From Dipteris shenzhenensis (lineage: Eukaryota): a stretch of DNA of 64,000 bases. The notes beneath the pieces were generated by a model. It saw only the letters and a program-made list of their open reading frames with translations. It ran no database searches and was not told the DNA's origin. The stretch lies in assembly GCA_047967505.1 (NCBI GenBank), contig CM106538.1; one strand, written 5' to 3'. Both the position numbers and the translations under genes were made by a program. Below, one piece after another: positions 11,732 to 26,700 of this stretch; the stretch's first letter is position 1; every line of letters starts with the position of its first letter.

Positions 11732-14700
11732 CTACACTCGCATAGAAGGAAACCCAATGATACTTTGCCATTGACTCCACAACATTTACATGATGCAAAG
11801 ATGTTGACATTCATGTCATTCTACGAGTGTGATGTGCACTGCAATGGGATTATTTATATATGGAGACAGAAGAGGCTACCTTGTCTTGCAAGGCAAAAAC
11901 TTGGCGTCCACCTGATAATGTACCCCTCGGAGTAGCTGTAAGAATGTAAGATTCTCCACTCTCGAGCGTTCCCTTTTGCCGTAGAAGGCTATGCCCCTCA
12001 TTTGAAAGACTGTGTTGTGTGAGTGAAGGAGCTGGAGAACTTTGTTCTAGATGAATTGAGTCTGACACTATTTCTGACTGTGAAGATGCATCTTTAAAGA
12101 TCGGTTCCAAAAGAGTAACATTTCTTGGCCTGTTTTGGCAGTTTCAACAATGCTCATCAATATGATAACAGTCTCATGATACCAAGAAAACGTTAATGAA
12201 AACATAACAAAGGAAAAAAGGAAAAGTAAACATCTACATAAAGAGTCTGACTTTATCTCAAGAGTTTGGCCAGGCAAGCAATCCAGCCGATCCCCAGAAT
12301 TGACTTCCAGGTATACACGCTTCATCGATCCTTCTCCTGCTCTCTCTACATTATCAACCGTATCATCTTTATGCACAACCATTGTGCTGAAATCGCCTGG
12401 TTCTTCTGAGATAGAAAAAGTTGCTTATCCAGTTTAGTTTTTTTGGTGGAAGAAACTGTGGACTATCAAAGACAATAGATAGTCAAGGAAGGTAAGAATT
12501 AACACCTTTCAATTCTCCTTCCGTGAAAACATTTGGCATCCCTTCCTGTATAGAATCCTTTGTAGCAGCATTGGGAAGTGTAGCTTTGTCAGATTTGATG
12601 AGAACAGTTCCACCATATGCTTCACTCGCCTTCGCTGTTTTTCCTTTTTCCCAAGACCATTGCTGTCGTACAAATTTTATAATCCTTAAAGATAAGCACA
12701 TCATAGAAAGGTGACCAACCAAGTAAGTTATGTTCTCAATCCCAATACAAGACATCTCAAAGGAGTGTATACATTATAAAAACAGCCTCATGCAGCTCCC
12801 ACCAATAACTTCACCTGCTTCTCTATAGCTTTTACACACACAGAACCAGCATATCACATTTCTCTTCCACAGACAGCTGTGGCCTTTAACTCTTGTGGAG
12901 GAAATAAAGCTACAAGGATTCATACTCCCTACCTGACTTGGACTTAATCCACCATCAGATGCAGCAGCTTCTGTTTCCTGATTGAGTACTGGGGGTACAG
13001 TTTCCAATCTGATTAACCTGGCCTCTTCAATTTTGGGAAGCATTGAACTAGCTGTACCATGACATTTTGCTATGAACTTGTGCTGCATTCAAAAATTTAC
13101 CACAATACTGCTTCTTTAAGTGTAGAAAGATGAGAGAAATAAGCTATTGGAAGCTCAGAAAGAAGTTACTTAAAACTCTGGTTCCTAAAGGAGATGGACA
13201 AATTATTTCTTGTAGTTTACCTTTATTTTTTTATTAGGATTAGATAGAAATGATAGAAGTGAATTCATTGTTTCAAACACGATTTAAATAATCTCCCTGT
13301 GGATTTGCCAAGACTTACTTTGAGCATTTCAGTGGCAGAGGGACGCAATCTTGTTTCCTTGGTGAGACATTTAGCAACAAAATCATGAAAAACCAATGAC
13401 CTGCACCAAATAAGCTATCAAGATATTTTAAGAGAGGTAAAATTTGAGGGTGCCACAAATTAATGGCATTCAATATCTTATTTTCCCCTTTGAAAGATAG
13501 ATCAGGCACTTTCTTTACTTATATTCCCAACAGTCAGTAAAAGGTAACCAAAGCATACACCATGCAGAAACAATAATAGAAGTGTTGAAAGACAAGTGAT
13601 CCGATTTCTCATAAAGTATTCCAAACTGCAAACACACACTTAATGGCATGAATAAGGTCAGGACGGGTCACGAGACATTTGAGCCACTTCCTCATATACA
13701 CCACCTTGGTAAAAGCAGAGACTCATACAAGTCAGTCATACACTTGTACATATTCCAGACAGGATCTTGCAAGATACATTATTTGTAGAGACTATCATAG
13801 GACAACATGCAAGCTTGCAATCAAATATCGATGAATTCAGACATGAAAGCAAAGGCATACATGTCATCATTCACCGCACAAGCATATACATGAGCATGCA
13901 TTAAGACCTGAATATGGGTCAACTATCTGGGAGATAGTGCACTTTTTACAAATGAGAATGTGGGAGCATTACAACGAAGCATTTTGAAAAGTTCAAAAAG
14001 TTTCCAAACAATTTACGGCTATTGAATGTGGCTGGGAGATATGTGAGTGTGCACCAAATAAAGGCCCCTTCCCCTCCATTCATCTCAACTCTCATGTGGT
14101 AAGATAAAAACATACCCAATGTTCAAATCTACATGTATTTGTACTATATAAAAATTTGGGAACCACATACAAGCACAGTACCGAAAAACAACCCCCTTGA
14201 AATCTCTACCCAAGGGGGTATCTTGTCTTCGCATATGACCTGGTTGACCTCATGATATCTGAGTAAGAGGAAGGTGCATCAATCATGTATTGGAAGGGGA
14301 GAAAAGAAAAGAAAGTTTACTATAGTCTATGGAAGACCGATGGGTCTGTGAGAAACCTGATACAACAAGCAGAAAGGGTGGGGCTACTAAACGAGCACCA
14401 TCACCCATGCTGGATGCTAAGTCCTAAGTAGTACATAGTCATATCATCAATCATGACATCATCATCAAAATCATAATCCTCATCCACATGTCGATCAATC
14501 CACACCACCACGCCCAAGCCAACACAATGAGGCCTCGCAAGGTGTAAATGTCAAGGGGAGCTCGTGAGAGGTAGAAAGAAAGAAAGAAAGTTTATTAAAG
14601 TCTTCGGAAGACCGATGGATCTATGAGACTGTGAAACCCTAGTACAATCAAGCTGTGAGGGTGGAGCTACTAAACGAGCATCCACACCCTGGGCTGAAGT

Positions 14701-17700
14701 ACTCTGGAAACGTCTCAAAATACCTAGTAGCTTCTAGTCATGGTGGCACATGTTCATCCAAAAGGATATAGCCACCTATGAATGTACAAGGAATGTCAGA
14801 TCATGAAACAAAGGGAACCAAGTGTAAAGCCTGTCAGAAGACTTCGAACTTGGGACGAGGAAGTGGCTTTGTAAACATCTCTGCGATGTTGTCCTCTGTG
14901 GGAAGATAGGACAACTCTATGTCTCTTGCTAACAACCGCTCCCGAACATAATGATAGTGAACTTTAATATGCTTGGTACGCGCATGAAACACTGGGTTAC
15001 GCGCAATGGCCAAAGCACTCTGGCTGTCAGTATAGACAATAGTGGAGGATGTCTGGCAAATACCAAGATTTGTAAGTGACTATTGAAGCCAAACACACTC
15101 TACTGTAGTGGTGAAAGCTGCCCTGTACTCAGCCTCACAGCTAGACGTGGCAACTGTCCGTTGCTTCTTGCTGAGCCAAGAAATATATGAATTTCCAAGC
15201 AAAAAACAATTGCCAGTATGTGACACTCTGGTGTCGGAACATCCTGCCCAGTCACTATCCGTGTAAGCATGCATGGTAAGTGAACCCTGATCACCATAGA
15301 AGAGGGCTAAATCTTGAGTGCCTCTGAGATATCTGAAGACTCTCTTCACTGCCTGCCAATGCTGTGAACTGAGGATGTGCATGAATCTACTGAGCTGAGA
15401 TACTGCATACTGCAAGTCAGGTCTGGTGTGACATAAATAAATAAGGCATCCAACAGCTTGCTGATAAAGAGTGATATCACATGGTGGGCTCCCATCATGA
15501 GCTGAGAATTTGAAGCCAGGGTCCACTGGAGTAGAGATTGGCTTGCAATCCTTAAACTGAAAACGATCAAGGAGCTGTCCAATATACTTGGACTGAGACA
15601 TCATGATACCCCCCTCAACATGAGCAAACTGAATGCCCAAAAAATAATGGAGCCGTCCCATGTCTGACATGTCAAAAATCTGCTGCAAATCAGCCTTGAA
15701 GGCTGCAATTTGCTGAGTATCTGGGCCCGTGATAAGCATATCATCCACATATCAAATCAGCACTAAAAAATCAGATCCACTCGCACACAAATAAAGAGTG
15801 GGTTCTGTGGGACTATTCTGAAAACCAAGGGATAGTAAGTGTGCATGAATTTTGGCATACCATGTCCTGGGCACCTGCTTCAAACCATAAAGGGCTTTTC
15901 TAAGCCGGCATACCTTATTTTCAGAATTAACAACCTCAAAGCCAGGAGGTTGTGTGACATAAACTTCTTCCTGCAGATCCCTATGAAGAAAAGCGGTCTT
16001 GATGTCAAGTTGGTGCACTTGCCAATGATAATGGGCTGCAATGGCAATGACACATCAAATGGTAGTAATCTTGGATGTGGGAGCAAATGTCTCCTCAAAG
16101 TCAATGCCTTGTTGTTGGGCATACCCTTTTGCAACAAGACGGGCTTTGTGTCGATCTATGCTGCCATCAGATTTCCTTTTTAATTTGTAGACCCACCGCG
16201 TTCCAATGGCATGCTTGCCAGGTGGGAGATCTACTAATTCCCATGTGTCATTTTTGGCAATAGATTGTAACTCAGCTTTCATTGCATCCATCCACTCTTT
16301 GCTGTCAGAAGCATCTTTATGGCACAAAGGCTCTTCATTGCAAGTTGTAGCAAGGAGTGCAAACTCAAGAAAGTGACCATGCTGTCTATTCCCTGATCTT
16401 GTCCGGGCAGCAAAAGGCTGATCTTGTTTGCTGTCCCTCAATGTGTCAAGAAGCCATTTGGGAACTTGCCTTTGCTGTCTATTGACAGCTCTTTCTTCAA
16501 TGACTGCATCATGAGTAATGGGATCATTTTGTGCCGGAAGAGAAACTTGCAAATCAGCATGAGGTTGGGGGTGATTATTGCTTAGTGGAGGGCTTGCAAG
16601 AGGCTCATGTTGTTGCTCAAAATCCTCCTCTGATGATGGCAGAGGTAACCAAGATTCAAAGGCATCAAACATGTCAACATCTGGCTTTGCTTTGCAGTCC
16701 ACAAGAGGAGAAGCTGAATGTTCAGCAAAGATAACATCTCTACTGACAATAATCTTCCCAGTATTTGGTTGATATAACCGATACCCTCTGCTCTCCTGGC
16801 TGTAACCAATGAATATGCATTTGATCATCAAGCTTATGTCCCAGCTGAGATGGAACATGAACATTGCAAGAGACCCAAAAACTTTCATGTGTGAAAGTGA
16901 AGGCTTCATGCCTTTCCATGCTTCATAAGGTGTAATAGTCTTTAATGCCCGTGTAGGTGATCTATTCAGCACATAGTTGGCACACATTACTGCATCAAGC
17001 CAAAATTTATTGGGCAAAGACTTGGCCTTAAGCATGCATCTGGGCATCTCCATTGTGGACCTGTTTTTCCTTTCAGAAACAGGATTCTGCTGAGGAGTGT
17101 AAGGAGTAGTGCATGAGTGAATAATGCCTCGTGAGGATAGGAATGCATCAAACTCCTTTGACATATACTCACTCCCCCTATCTGTGTTGAGGGTGACAAG
17201 CTTGCATCCTGATTCATTCTCAACCATATTCAGCCATCTCTGAAAGCATAAGAAAACTTCAGATTTGGCCTTTAAAGGATATACCCAGCAATACCTTGTG
17301 AAATCATCAATGAGAGTCATGAAATACTTGTATTCTCCAATGGCATTTGTCTTCATTGGGCCATAGACATCATTGTGTACTAGCTGCAGTTTCCTTTGTG
17401 AGAGTTTTGGACAATTCTTTTGAAAAGGAAATCGATGCATCTTACCCAAAAGACAACCCTCACACACATGTTTGGAAACTGTGTGAGTCTGAGGTACATC
17501 ATTTGCCATCTGCTGTGAATGTAGATTTGCAAGAGCTCTATAATTGAGATGGCCCATTCTCTCATGCCAAAGATGAGTTTCAGCAAGCTGTGAATCTGAA
17601 ATAGCCAATGCTTCAATAGAAAGTGCAGCTGAATGATGATCAAGGTGATAAAGCCCTTTTTGCAAAGTGCCAGTGAGAACTATGGCATTGTCATCACAAA

Positions 17701-20700
17701 GATCATATACTAGGCATCTGTAGCCATCAAAAATTACTCTAAAACCTGAAGTAGCAATTGCTGAAATTGAAATCAAGTTGACTTCAATGCCAGGCACAAA
17801 AAGAACATTTGTCAAAGTGACAGGATGGCTGGAAATGGATGTGAGCTGCACATCTCCAACTTCTTTTACAGCATACGAAGCATTATTGGCACATGTAACA
17901 GTCCCCCCTCGAGGTGCATCAACTAGAGAATGAAACAACTGTCTGCAAGATGTGACATGCTTGGAAGCACCACTATCAAAGTACCAGGACTGAGCATCAT
18001 TAGCAGTAAATAGTGCATCAGCTTTGGAGGGATCAAATGAGCAATGAACAGCCCATGCCCAGTCATCCTGAAGAGCATGTGCATGTGAAGCATCTGCTGG
18101 CTCATGGGATTCAATGGCATGTGAGGCATTAACTGTCAATCCTGCTTTCTTTTTCTCCGAAGCAATGCGCTTCCTGCATTCTGAAATGTCATGTTTAGGC
18201 TTGCGACAATAGTTGCATCTTTTCTTCTTTCCCTTATCTGCTGCATTTTTAGATGCATGGGAGGAATTGCAGCTGCTATGCGTTGAAGAATTGCAGCTGC
18301 TGTGCGCAGATTTTGGCTTGCCCATAGGCTTGGAAGCCTTGCCTCTTCCTGTCTGCTGTGAAGCAAATGCATGATTGCTGTGAAGCAAATGCATGATCAA
18401 GAATAATGGCTTGTCTGTTAGCTCTACTTTGCTCTTCTTGCAAAAGCGAAGTAACTAGCTGGTCAAAAGAATAGTGGTCAGGATTACCCATGGCCACTAC
18501 TTGAAGGGTTGTATCTGGCAGTCCATTCAATGTGGTACTGACAAGCTGTGAATTTGGCACCACCTCATCAATGTTGGCAAGCTGTTTCATGAGGTCCTTG
18601 ATCTTTGGCAAATATGCATCCATTGACTCACTATCATTCATATTCACTTCCTGTAATTGCCTTCTCAAATATGCAACACGAGCTTCATTGCGAATCTGAT
18701 ATAGAGAAGCCAATTTATCCCAAGCATCCTTTGCTGTCCTGCAAGACCGGATGTGTGTAATAATGATTCTCTTGCAAGATAAAGCAATGCATGAATGTGC
18801 ATTTGCATCTCTTGCATCCCATCTTGACTGTTCTTGAGTTGGAAGAGCAGCAGCAGGAGTGCTAGAGGAAGAGGCATCAGGAGTACCCCCTGCAGAAGAA
18901 CCAGCAGTAGAAACAACCACTGAAGGATTGGCTGGCCTCAAATCAGCCCCAGAAACAATATTCCACAAATGCTTTGCAACAAGAATATGTTTCATGAGAT
19001 AAGACCACATCGGATAGTTGGTGCCATTCAACTTATCATCTTCACGAAGAACTCCAAATAAATCTTGATTGTTCCCAGCCATAGCAACTGTGATAACCTG
19101 TAAAAGACTTGAAAACCCAAAAGCCTCAAGGCTATCACTGCAAAAAGCTTGCTGTCCCAAAAAATGACAGCAAATATCTGCAAATTTCTGACCCAAATCA
19201 AAGGGCAAATGCAGATCTGACCCAAATGTGACTGTGACAGGCAATGTTCACTGCAAAAACAGCAAATTTGGCAAAAGCCCCAAATTTATTGAGGGCAAAT
19301 AGGCCAAAACAAGGGCAAATTCAGGAAAGCCCTAAATTTTGCTGAAATTTTTGCAAATGTGACCCAATGTATGCAAATCTGACTCAATGTCCTGCAAATG
19401 TAACTTAATGTCCTGCAAATGTAACTTAATGTCCTGCAATCTGACCCAATGTAGTGCAATTTAAACAAGAAATTGCAGACTAAATCCCAAAACTCCAATA
19501 TTCTTGCAAGAAATTGCAATCAAAGGAGGTGAAAGGAAATGAAAGCCCCAAATTTACCAATGTCCTGCAAAATCCCCAAATCTGCAAATGTTTGTAGATG
19601 ACTGCAGTGAGACCAAGAACCTGATTCAAGCCAATACCAAAACAAGTACGGAACCTGTGGTGAAGCTGTACGGAATACGCAGATGAAGTACAAGTTGTAC
19701 GACTGAAGGTACGTGTGTACGGGAAGCTGATACAGACTGCTGACGACTGAAGGTACGGTGAAAATACTTTGTGCTCCTATGCAGGTACAATCACACGGCG
19801 TAGATACCTTGTACGACGAAGGTATATGAAACGGCGTATGAAAGAGCGTGATGTACGGATGGTGTACGGCACATCGTACGGTACGGCGTACGAAAGAGCT
19901 CGATGTACGGGTGAAGTACGCGCAGTGTACGGTACACGTACGACGATGCAGGTACAACGATGCAGTTCTACTTACGTACGGACTGTACGGCACAAATCCT
20001 GCTGATACCACTGAATGTACAAACAGGTTGGGAATGTGTCTACCAGTAGGGCAGAGAACTCCCAATGAGCAAATGGAAGACTCGGGGACTGAGGAGAGCT
20101 GGAAGAGTAGAGCAATACCTGCTCTGATACCACTGTAGATACAAAACGAAGAGAGAGAGTGCAGGTACAAGACGAGTCGATAGAGTAGTCACGAGAAAAC
20201 TTAGATAAGATATGAAAACACAAGTACAAAGTACTTGTACCTAGACCTAGGACTAAGTGTCCTAGGTGTCACATAGGACCAAGTGTCCTATGTGGCCTAA
20301 AAGGCACTAGCACTATAAGTGCCTACACTTATGCCTACAAGGCACATACCATGGCCTGTAGGGCATCACTAGAACCACCAGAAGATGGCCTACGCAGTGT
20401 CTGAGTACCTCATGAATGAAACCTGCCAAACACGCTGGTCTGGATAGGAGAGGAATCGGACCAAAATCCCATAGCTATCTCTGAAGAGACAGTAGAAACA
20501 CCCTCGGATCTCATAATAAACAAGACACCGGAAGATGAAGTGCTCCTCTGTCTCAACCTCTTGCATGTCACACAATCTGCATATGCGCCTCTCCCTGGGT
20601 GGTCACTCTACTCTGCCGCTCTCGAATGAAGGCTATGTGAAGAGACCCGGACCTGCCCAAGAGAGATACTCAATGAGTGGGGTAGGTAAATTTGTGTGTG

Positions 20701-23700
20701 ATATGTAAGAAGTGATCTCTGTAGAAGCTAAGCTTCACTGAGTTCACTTGGTCCCAACCAGGTCCGAAATGTGTGTAGCTGTAATAGATCCTCACAGATA
20801 ACCTGGTTGACCTCGTGTGATAGGAGGGGAGAAAACGGAGCATCCATGTTGTACTGGAAGGGAGATAGTCTATCCATGTGGAGCCCCAGCTGCTCAAACC
20901 ATCTCTCTGTGCGTGCATACCAGCACCTCTAGTCCCCACCTGCTGCAAGTGCCATAGAAGAGGACAAAGCTAGCCATGGTAGTAGAGTTATTACTAACCA
21001 AAATGTTTGTAGCTCCTTCTCGTTCCAAGGAACAAAGTCTAGTTTCTTTCTACGTATCAGTCTATAGTATTCGCGTAGCATATCTGGTTCACTCGAAAGA
21101 CTATTTTTGGTTTCGAATATGAGCTGACGGCGTTTGGCCTTACACTCATCATCGTACCATCTATTACAAGGTACGGTCCCAGGGGGTGGTGGGTGGGTGG
21201 AGCGGGTGGTGTGGGAAAAAGCGTGAAGGATAGTCTCGTGTGGTGAGCGGGTGACAAGGACAGAAGATCCTCTAAAAGGGGTATGAAGTCAATATAAGCG
21301 AGAAGTATGTACAGAGATGAGTGATCGCGATCAAAGCGTATATCATGGTAGATGCAGTAAGAACTCGGTGGGATGGAAGGTGCTATGCAACGTGAAGTGG
21401 AGATGCTACAGAAAAGATAGGTATGATCAGCCCCTGGAGGGAGAGGTGCTACAGTGAAGTCAGTGATGCAAGATGTGAAGGCAGGGGATCCCATGATATA
21501 ATCCATAACGCTGGAGCCTCCCCCATGTGGAAAGCATGTGAAACCATCTGAGGTGGGCCATCTGTCAAGCCCATTATAGATAATGAGATCATGCATCCTG
21601 CCAAGGTCTACTATGGCCTGTCCATAAGATGTGAATAGACCTGGTCTGTCAGCCAAAACCCGTAGCATATCTGCATCCTCAAGGTCAATGTCTGGCAGTA
21701 GAGTAGAATCATCCCTGAAGTCGAGGAGTAGTACTTGATGGGTGCCTGTCCTCGCGTTGAAGTCCCCCACTAGAAGGACTTCTCCATGGCTAGAGAAGTC
21801 AACAATGAACTGATAGCAAATGGAGATGTATCATCCTCACCTCAGATATCTCTGGCAAAGTGGAAGGTCTCAGGGGAGAAGTAGCAAACTGCAACAAACA
21901 GATCCCGGCTGTCCATGTGCCGAATCCAGATCCAAAAAAACCTGGAATGTGCATCTCTCTGCTCTACTGAAATGGTCCCCAAAAGTGTGAATCTGAAAAG
22001 GATTGCAACTCCACCTGAGCCTCGAGTCCACCCTGTATCCCTTGTCTCATCTTTGTAGGCAGACTCTCATGTATATCCGCTGACTACTGGAAGTGGGCGC
22101 TCTAGACTCTGATGTGTTTCTGTATAAAAGACTATGTCGCGACCTGTATAGGATTCCGAGAAGTTCCCTGGTTCTGACCATAAGGTACCATTACAGTTCC
22201 AAATGGTGCAGGATAGGATCTCGGATGACTGAGTCTCATAGACCCCGCTTCCCTATGTAGGGGAGGACTGATGCCCTACAAGGGCCTATCATAAGTCGTC
22301 CCTCTCGTACCACTGTCCACTTCCTCTCCTTCCGGGCTTGATCCCGCTGCTGCAGCAAAACGCGCCTCTCCTCAAGCTATAGAGGGGTGAGGTCATCATC
22401 CATGGAGATCGCTAGCTGATCTCGAAGCATTGACCTGCATCGTAGAGCTGAAAGTCGTGCTTGAGTGTCCTCTAACTGTGCGATCAAGGGTTGCTCTCGG
22501 TTGGGGTCTCTCCCCACCCCCCATGCCCTCTCTATCCTATGCTCAACCACACCTAGAGTGGCAGCCACAAAAGCAGTTGCATCTACCATCAGTATAGCCT
22601 CAGTGCATGGGATCCCGCATACTCTGATGTTGAGAGCCTTACTGGCTCTCTATTGCTACTGCTACTCCATGAGGGTAGCTGCAACGGTTACCCTAGCAGG
22701 TTCCCGTTTGGCCACGTCAACCCGTCTGGATGTCTCCTCAATACATGCTCGCAATCTGTGCCTCGACAACCAAGGTACTCCCTGGGACTGTGTATGGCTG
22801 TAACCTCCTGTCAGAGCTGCAAGATATCATGTCTGAGTCCCTGAATGAGACCAGCCTGCTCCTGAATGGCCCGAGCATGCTCCTGTATGATGCGGCTCTA
22901 CTCCTAGTTGAAGCGGCCTGCTCTTGTGCGAAGTGTGTCAGCTAGCTGAAACTGTGATGGCTGTGACATGAAAGTGTGGGGATGAGTCCAAAAGCTGGGC
23001 GGTGACTGGGTGAATTGGGTGAGGTACGGAGATGACAGTGGAATGGATAAGGCAGTCCCAATGGAGCGTGGGTTGACTGAGAGAGAGAGGGGAGAGTGAA
23101 GCATAATGCAGAGCAGTGTATGACACCTCCGAAGTAGGTATCATAAGTGGTGCGAGAGCTGTAACAAGAGAGGAAGGGAAGGGAACAACCGGCACCACGG
23201 GCATGAGATTGATAGTGGCTATAGCTGTAGTTGGGATGTAGAGGCTGTAGCTGAAACTAGTGCTGAAGTGGAAGCCGAAGTTGAAAGTGAGGATGTAGAG
23301 GGAGCTGAGATTGGAACTGGAACTAAGACTGAAGCGGGCTGAAGTCGAAGTAGAGATAGAGGGCGCTGAGACTGGAACTAAAACTGAAGTGGGGGCTGAA
23401 GTCGGAGAAGGGGTAAAGGCTGAAGCTAAGGCTGAGGTGGGCCCCGCCTTTGCTTTGTTGTCAACCCCGAGTCCACTTCGGTTGACGTGCGTGTTCACAT
23501 ACTCAAGTTTCAGTTGTGTCTATTGTTGTTTTTTGATGTTGTTGTCGTCTTTCTTGGCTTTATCCGTTCTCTCTCGGCTTTTCCCATTGCCTTGGGCCGA
23601 TTCGTGTCCCCTTGATGCTGGTTTTAGTGCACGATCGGCGGGAGCGGGAGCACAGGCTCACCCCCCATGGTGGGAAGCACACCCAAGGCAAGGAAGGTAG

Positions 23701-26700
23701 GGTAGTCGGAGGCAGGTCGGAGATAGCAGCGGGAGGGAGGAGTTGTAGAGGAGGAGCTGCAATGTGGAGGGCAGCCGGAGGAGGAGAGGTGGAGAGGCGA
23801 AGGAGGAAGCTGCCCACGAGGGGGGGCTGAGGCATGGCAAAAGGGGGGGGGGGGGGGGGGGGGAGGCGGTGCAGAAGGCAGGCGGGAGTGAATGGGCGGC
23901 CTAGGCGGGGGCGAAGAGGCAGGCCAATGGCTCTTTGCAGTGATAGCCTTGAGGCTTTTGTTTTTTTCAGGTCTCTTTCAGGGTATCACATTTGCTACGG
24001 CTGGGAACAATCAAGATCTATTTGGCATTCTTCGTGAAGATGATAAGTTGGATGGCACCAACTATCCGATGTGGTCTTATCTCATGAAACATATTCTTGT
24101 TGCAAAGCATTTGTGGAATATTGTTTTTGGGGTTGATCTAAGGCCAGCCAATGCTACAGTGGTTGCCTATACTGCTGGTTCCTCTGCAGGGAGTACTTCT
24201 CCTGATGCCTTATCTTCTAGCACTCATGCTACTGCTCCCCCAACTCAGGAACAGTCAAGATGGGATGCAAGAGATGCAAATGCACATTCATGTATTGCTT
24301 TATCATGCAAGAGAATCATTATTCCACACATCCGGTCTTGCAAGACAGCAAAGGATGCTTGGGACAAATTGGCTTCTCTCTATCAGATTCGCAATGAGGC
24401 ACATGTTGCATATTTGAGAAGGCGATTACAGGAAGTTAGTATGAATAAAGGTGATTCTATGGATGCATATCTGACAAAGGTCAAGGACCTCATGGAACAA
24501 CTTGCCAATATTGATGAGGTGGTGCCAAATTCTCAGCTTATTAGTACCACATTCAATGGATTGCCAGATACATATCAAGGGTTTCCTACAACCCTTCAAT
24601 TAGTGGCCATGGGTAATCCAGACCACTATTCTTTTGATCAACTAGTTACTTTGCTTTTGCAAGAAGAGCAAAGTTGTGCTAATAGACAAGCCATTATTCC
24701 TGATCATGCATTTGCTTCACAGCAGACAGGAAGAGGCAAGGCTTCCAAGCCTATGAGCAAGCCTAAATCTGCGAATAGTAGCTGCAATTCCTCCCATGCA
24801 TCTAAAAATAATGCAGATAAGTCAAAGAAGAAAAGATGCAACTATTGTTGCAAGCCTGGACACGACATTTCAGAATGCATGAAGCGCATTGCTTCGGAGA
24901 AAAAGAAAGTAGGATTGACAGTTAATGCCTCACATGCTATTGAATCCCATGAGCCAGCAGATGCTTCACATGCACATGCTCTCCAGGATGATTGGGCATG
25001 GGCTGTCCATTGCTCATTTGATCCCTCCAAAGCTGATGCACTCTTTATTGCTAATGATGCTCAGTCTTGGTATTTTGATAGTGGTGCTTCCAAGCACGTC
25101 ACAGTTGTTTCATTCGTTAGCTGATGCACCTCGAGGGGGGATTGTCACATGTACTAATAATGCTTCCTATACTCTAAAAGGAATTGGAGATGTGCAGCTC
25201 ACATCCATTTCAAGCCATCCTGTCACTTTGACAAATATTCTTTTGTGCCTGGAATTGAAGTCAACTTGATTTCTATTTCAGCAATTGCAACTTCAGGTTT
25301 CAGAGTGATTTTTGATGGCTACAGATGCCTAGTTTATGATCTTCGTGATGACAATGCCATAGTTCTCACTGGCAATTTGCAAAAGGGGCTTTATCACCTT
25401 GATCATCACTCAGCTACACTTTCTATTGAACCATTTCCTATTTCAGATTCACAGCTTGCTGAAACTCATCTTTGGCATGAGAGAATGGGTCATCTCAATG
25501 ATAGAGCTCTTGCAAAGCTACATTCACAACAGATGGCAAATGATGTACCTCAAACTCACATAGTTTTCAAACATGTGTGTGAGGGTTGTCTTTTGGGTAA
25601 GATGCATCGGTTTCCTATTCAAAAGAATTGTCCAAAACTCTCACAAAGGAAATTGCAGCTAGTGCACAGTGATGTCTGTGGCCCAATGAAGACAAATGCC
25701 ATTGGGGGGTACAAGTATTTCATGACTCTCATTGATGACTTCACAAGATATTGCTGGGTATATCCTTTAAAGGCCAAATCTGAAGTTTTCTTATGCTTTC
25801 AGAGGTAGCTGAATATGGTTGAGGATGAATCAAGATGCAAGCTTGTCACCCTCAACACAGATAGGGGGGGAGAGTATATGTCAAAGGAGTTTGGTGCATT
25901 TTTGTCTTCACCAGGCATTGTTCACTCATGCACTACTCCTTACACTCCTCAGTAGAATCCTGTTTCTGAAAGGAAAAATAGGTCCACAATGGACATGGCC
26001 GGATGCATGCTTAAGGCCAAGTCTTTGTCCAATAAATTTTGGCTTGATGCAGTGATGTGTGCCAACTATGTGCTGAATAGATCACCCACAAGGGCATTGA
26101 AGACTGTTAGACCTTATGAAGCATAGAAAGCTAGGAAGCCTTCACTTTCAAACATGAGAGTTTTTGGGTCTCTTGCATATGTTCATGTACCATCTCAGCT
26201 GAGACATAAGCTTGATGACAAGGCAATCAAATGCATATTTATTGGTTACAACCAAAAGAGCAGAGGGTATCGGTTATACCAACCAAATACTCGGAAGATT
26301 ATTGTCAGTACAGATGTAATCTTCGCTGAACATTCAGCTTCTCCTCTTGTGGACTGCAACACTAAGCCCGATGTTGACATGTTTGATGCCTTTGACTCTT
26401 GGTTACCTCTGCCTTCCTTAGAGGAAGACTTTGACCAGCAACATGAGCCTCCTGCAGGCCCTCCAACAAGCAATGATCAGCCGCTACCCCATGCTGATTT
26501 GCAGGTTTCTCTTTCAGCACAAAATGATCCCACTATTCATGATGCAGTGATTGAAGAAAGAGCTGTCAATAGACAGCAAAGGCAAGTTCCCAGATGGCTT
26601 CTTGATACATTGAGGGACGGCAAACAAGATCAGCCTTTTGCTGCCCGGACAAGATCAGGGAATAGACAGATGCATGGTCACTTTCTTGAGTTTGCACTCC

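Larger units (their letters stand above)
14690..20394 (-). mobile_element. Ty1/copia element 1: 5' LTR, PBS, gag-pol with frameshifts; PPT and 3' LTR missing
   Basis: [14 protein letters not shown] knuckle; WYFDSGAS protease; [12 protein letters not shown] and DDFTRYCW integrase; YVDDML RT; RNase H. LTR 20134-20394; PBS 20121-20132. Confidence 0.95.
14573..23930 (-). mobile_element. RTE-X-like LINE family A, copy 2, split by copia 1: 3' end 14573-14689, body 20395 to about 23930; RT core deleted
   Basis: Tail and 3' UTR match copy 1; [16 protein letters not shown] (20390-20575); GDFNARTG...SSVMDY...ADH (21057-21770); ORF1 ATG GGA AAA at about 23587, ERAWGVG...[11 protein letters not shown]-rich 5' region. 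Confidence 0.85.

Noticed and set aside
19380-19440. 21-bp repeats as a CRISPR-like array
   Set aside because: Contiguous tandem copies with no spacers, inside a eukaryotic copia leader.
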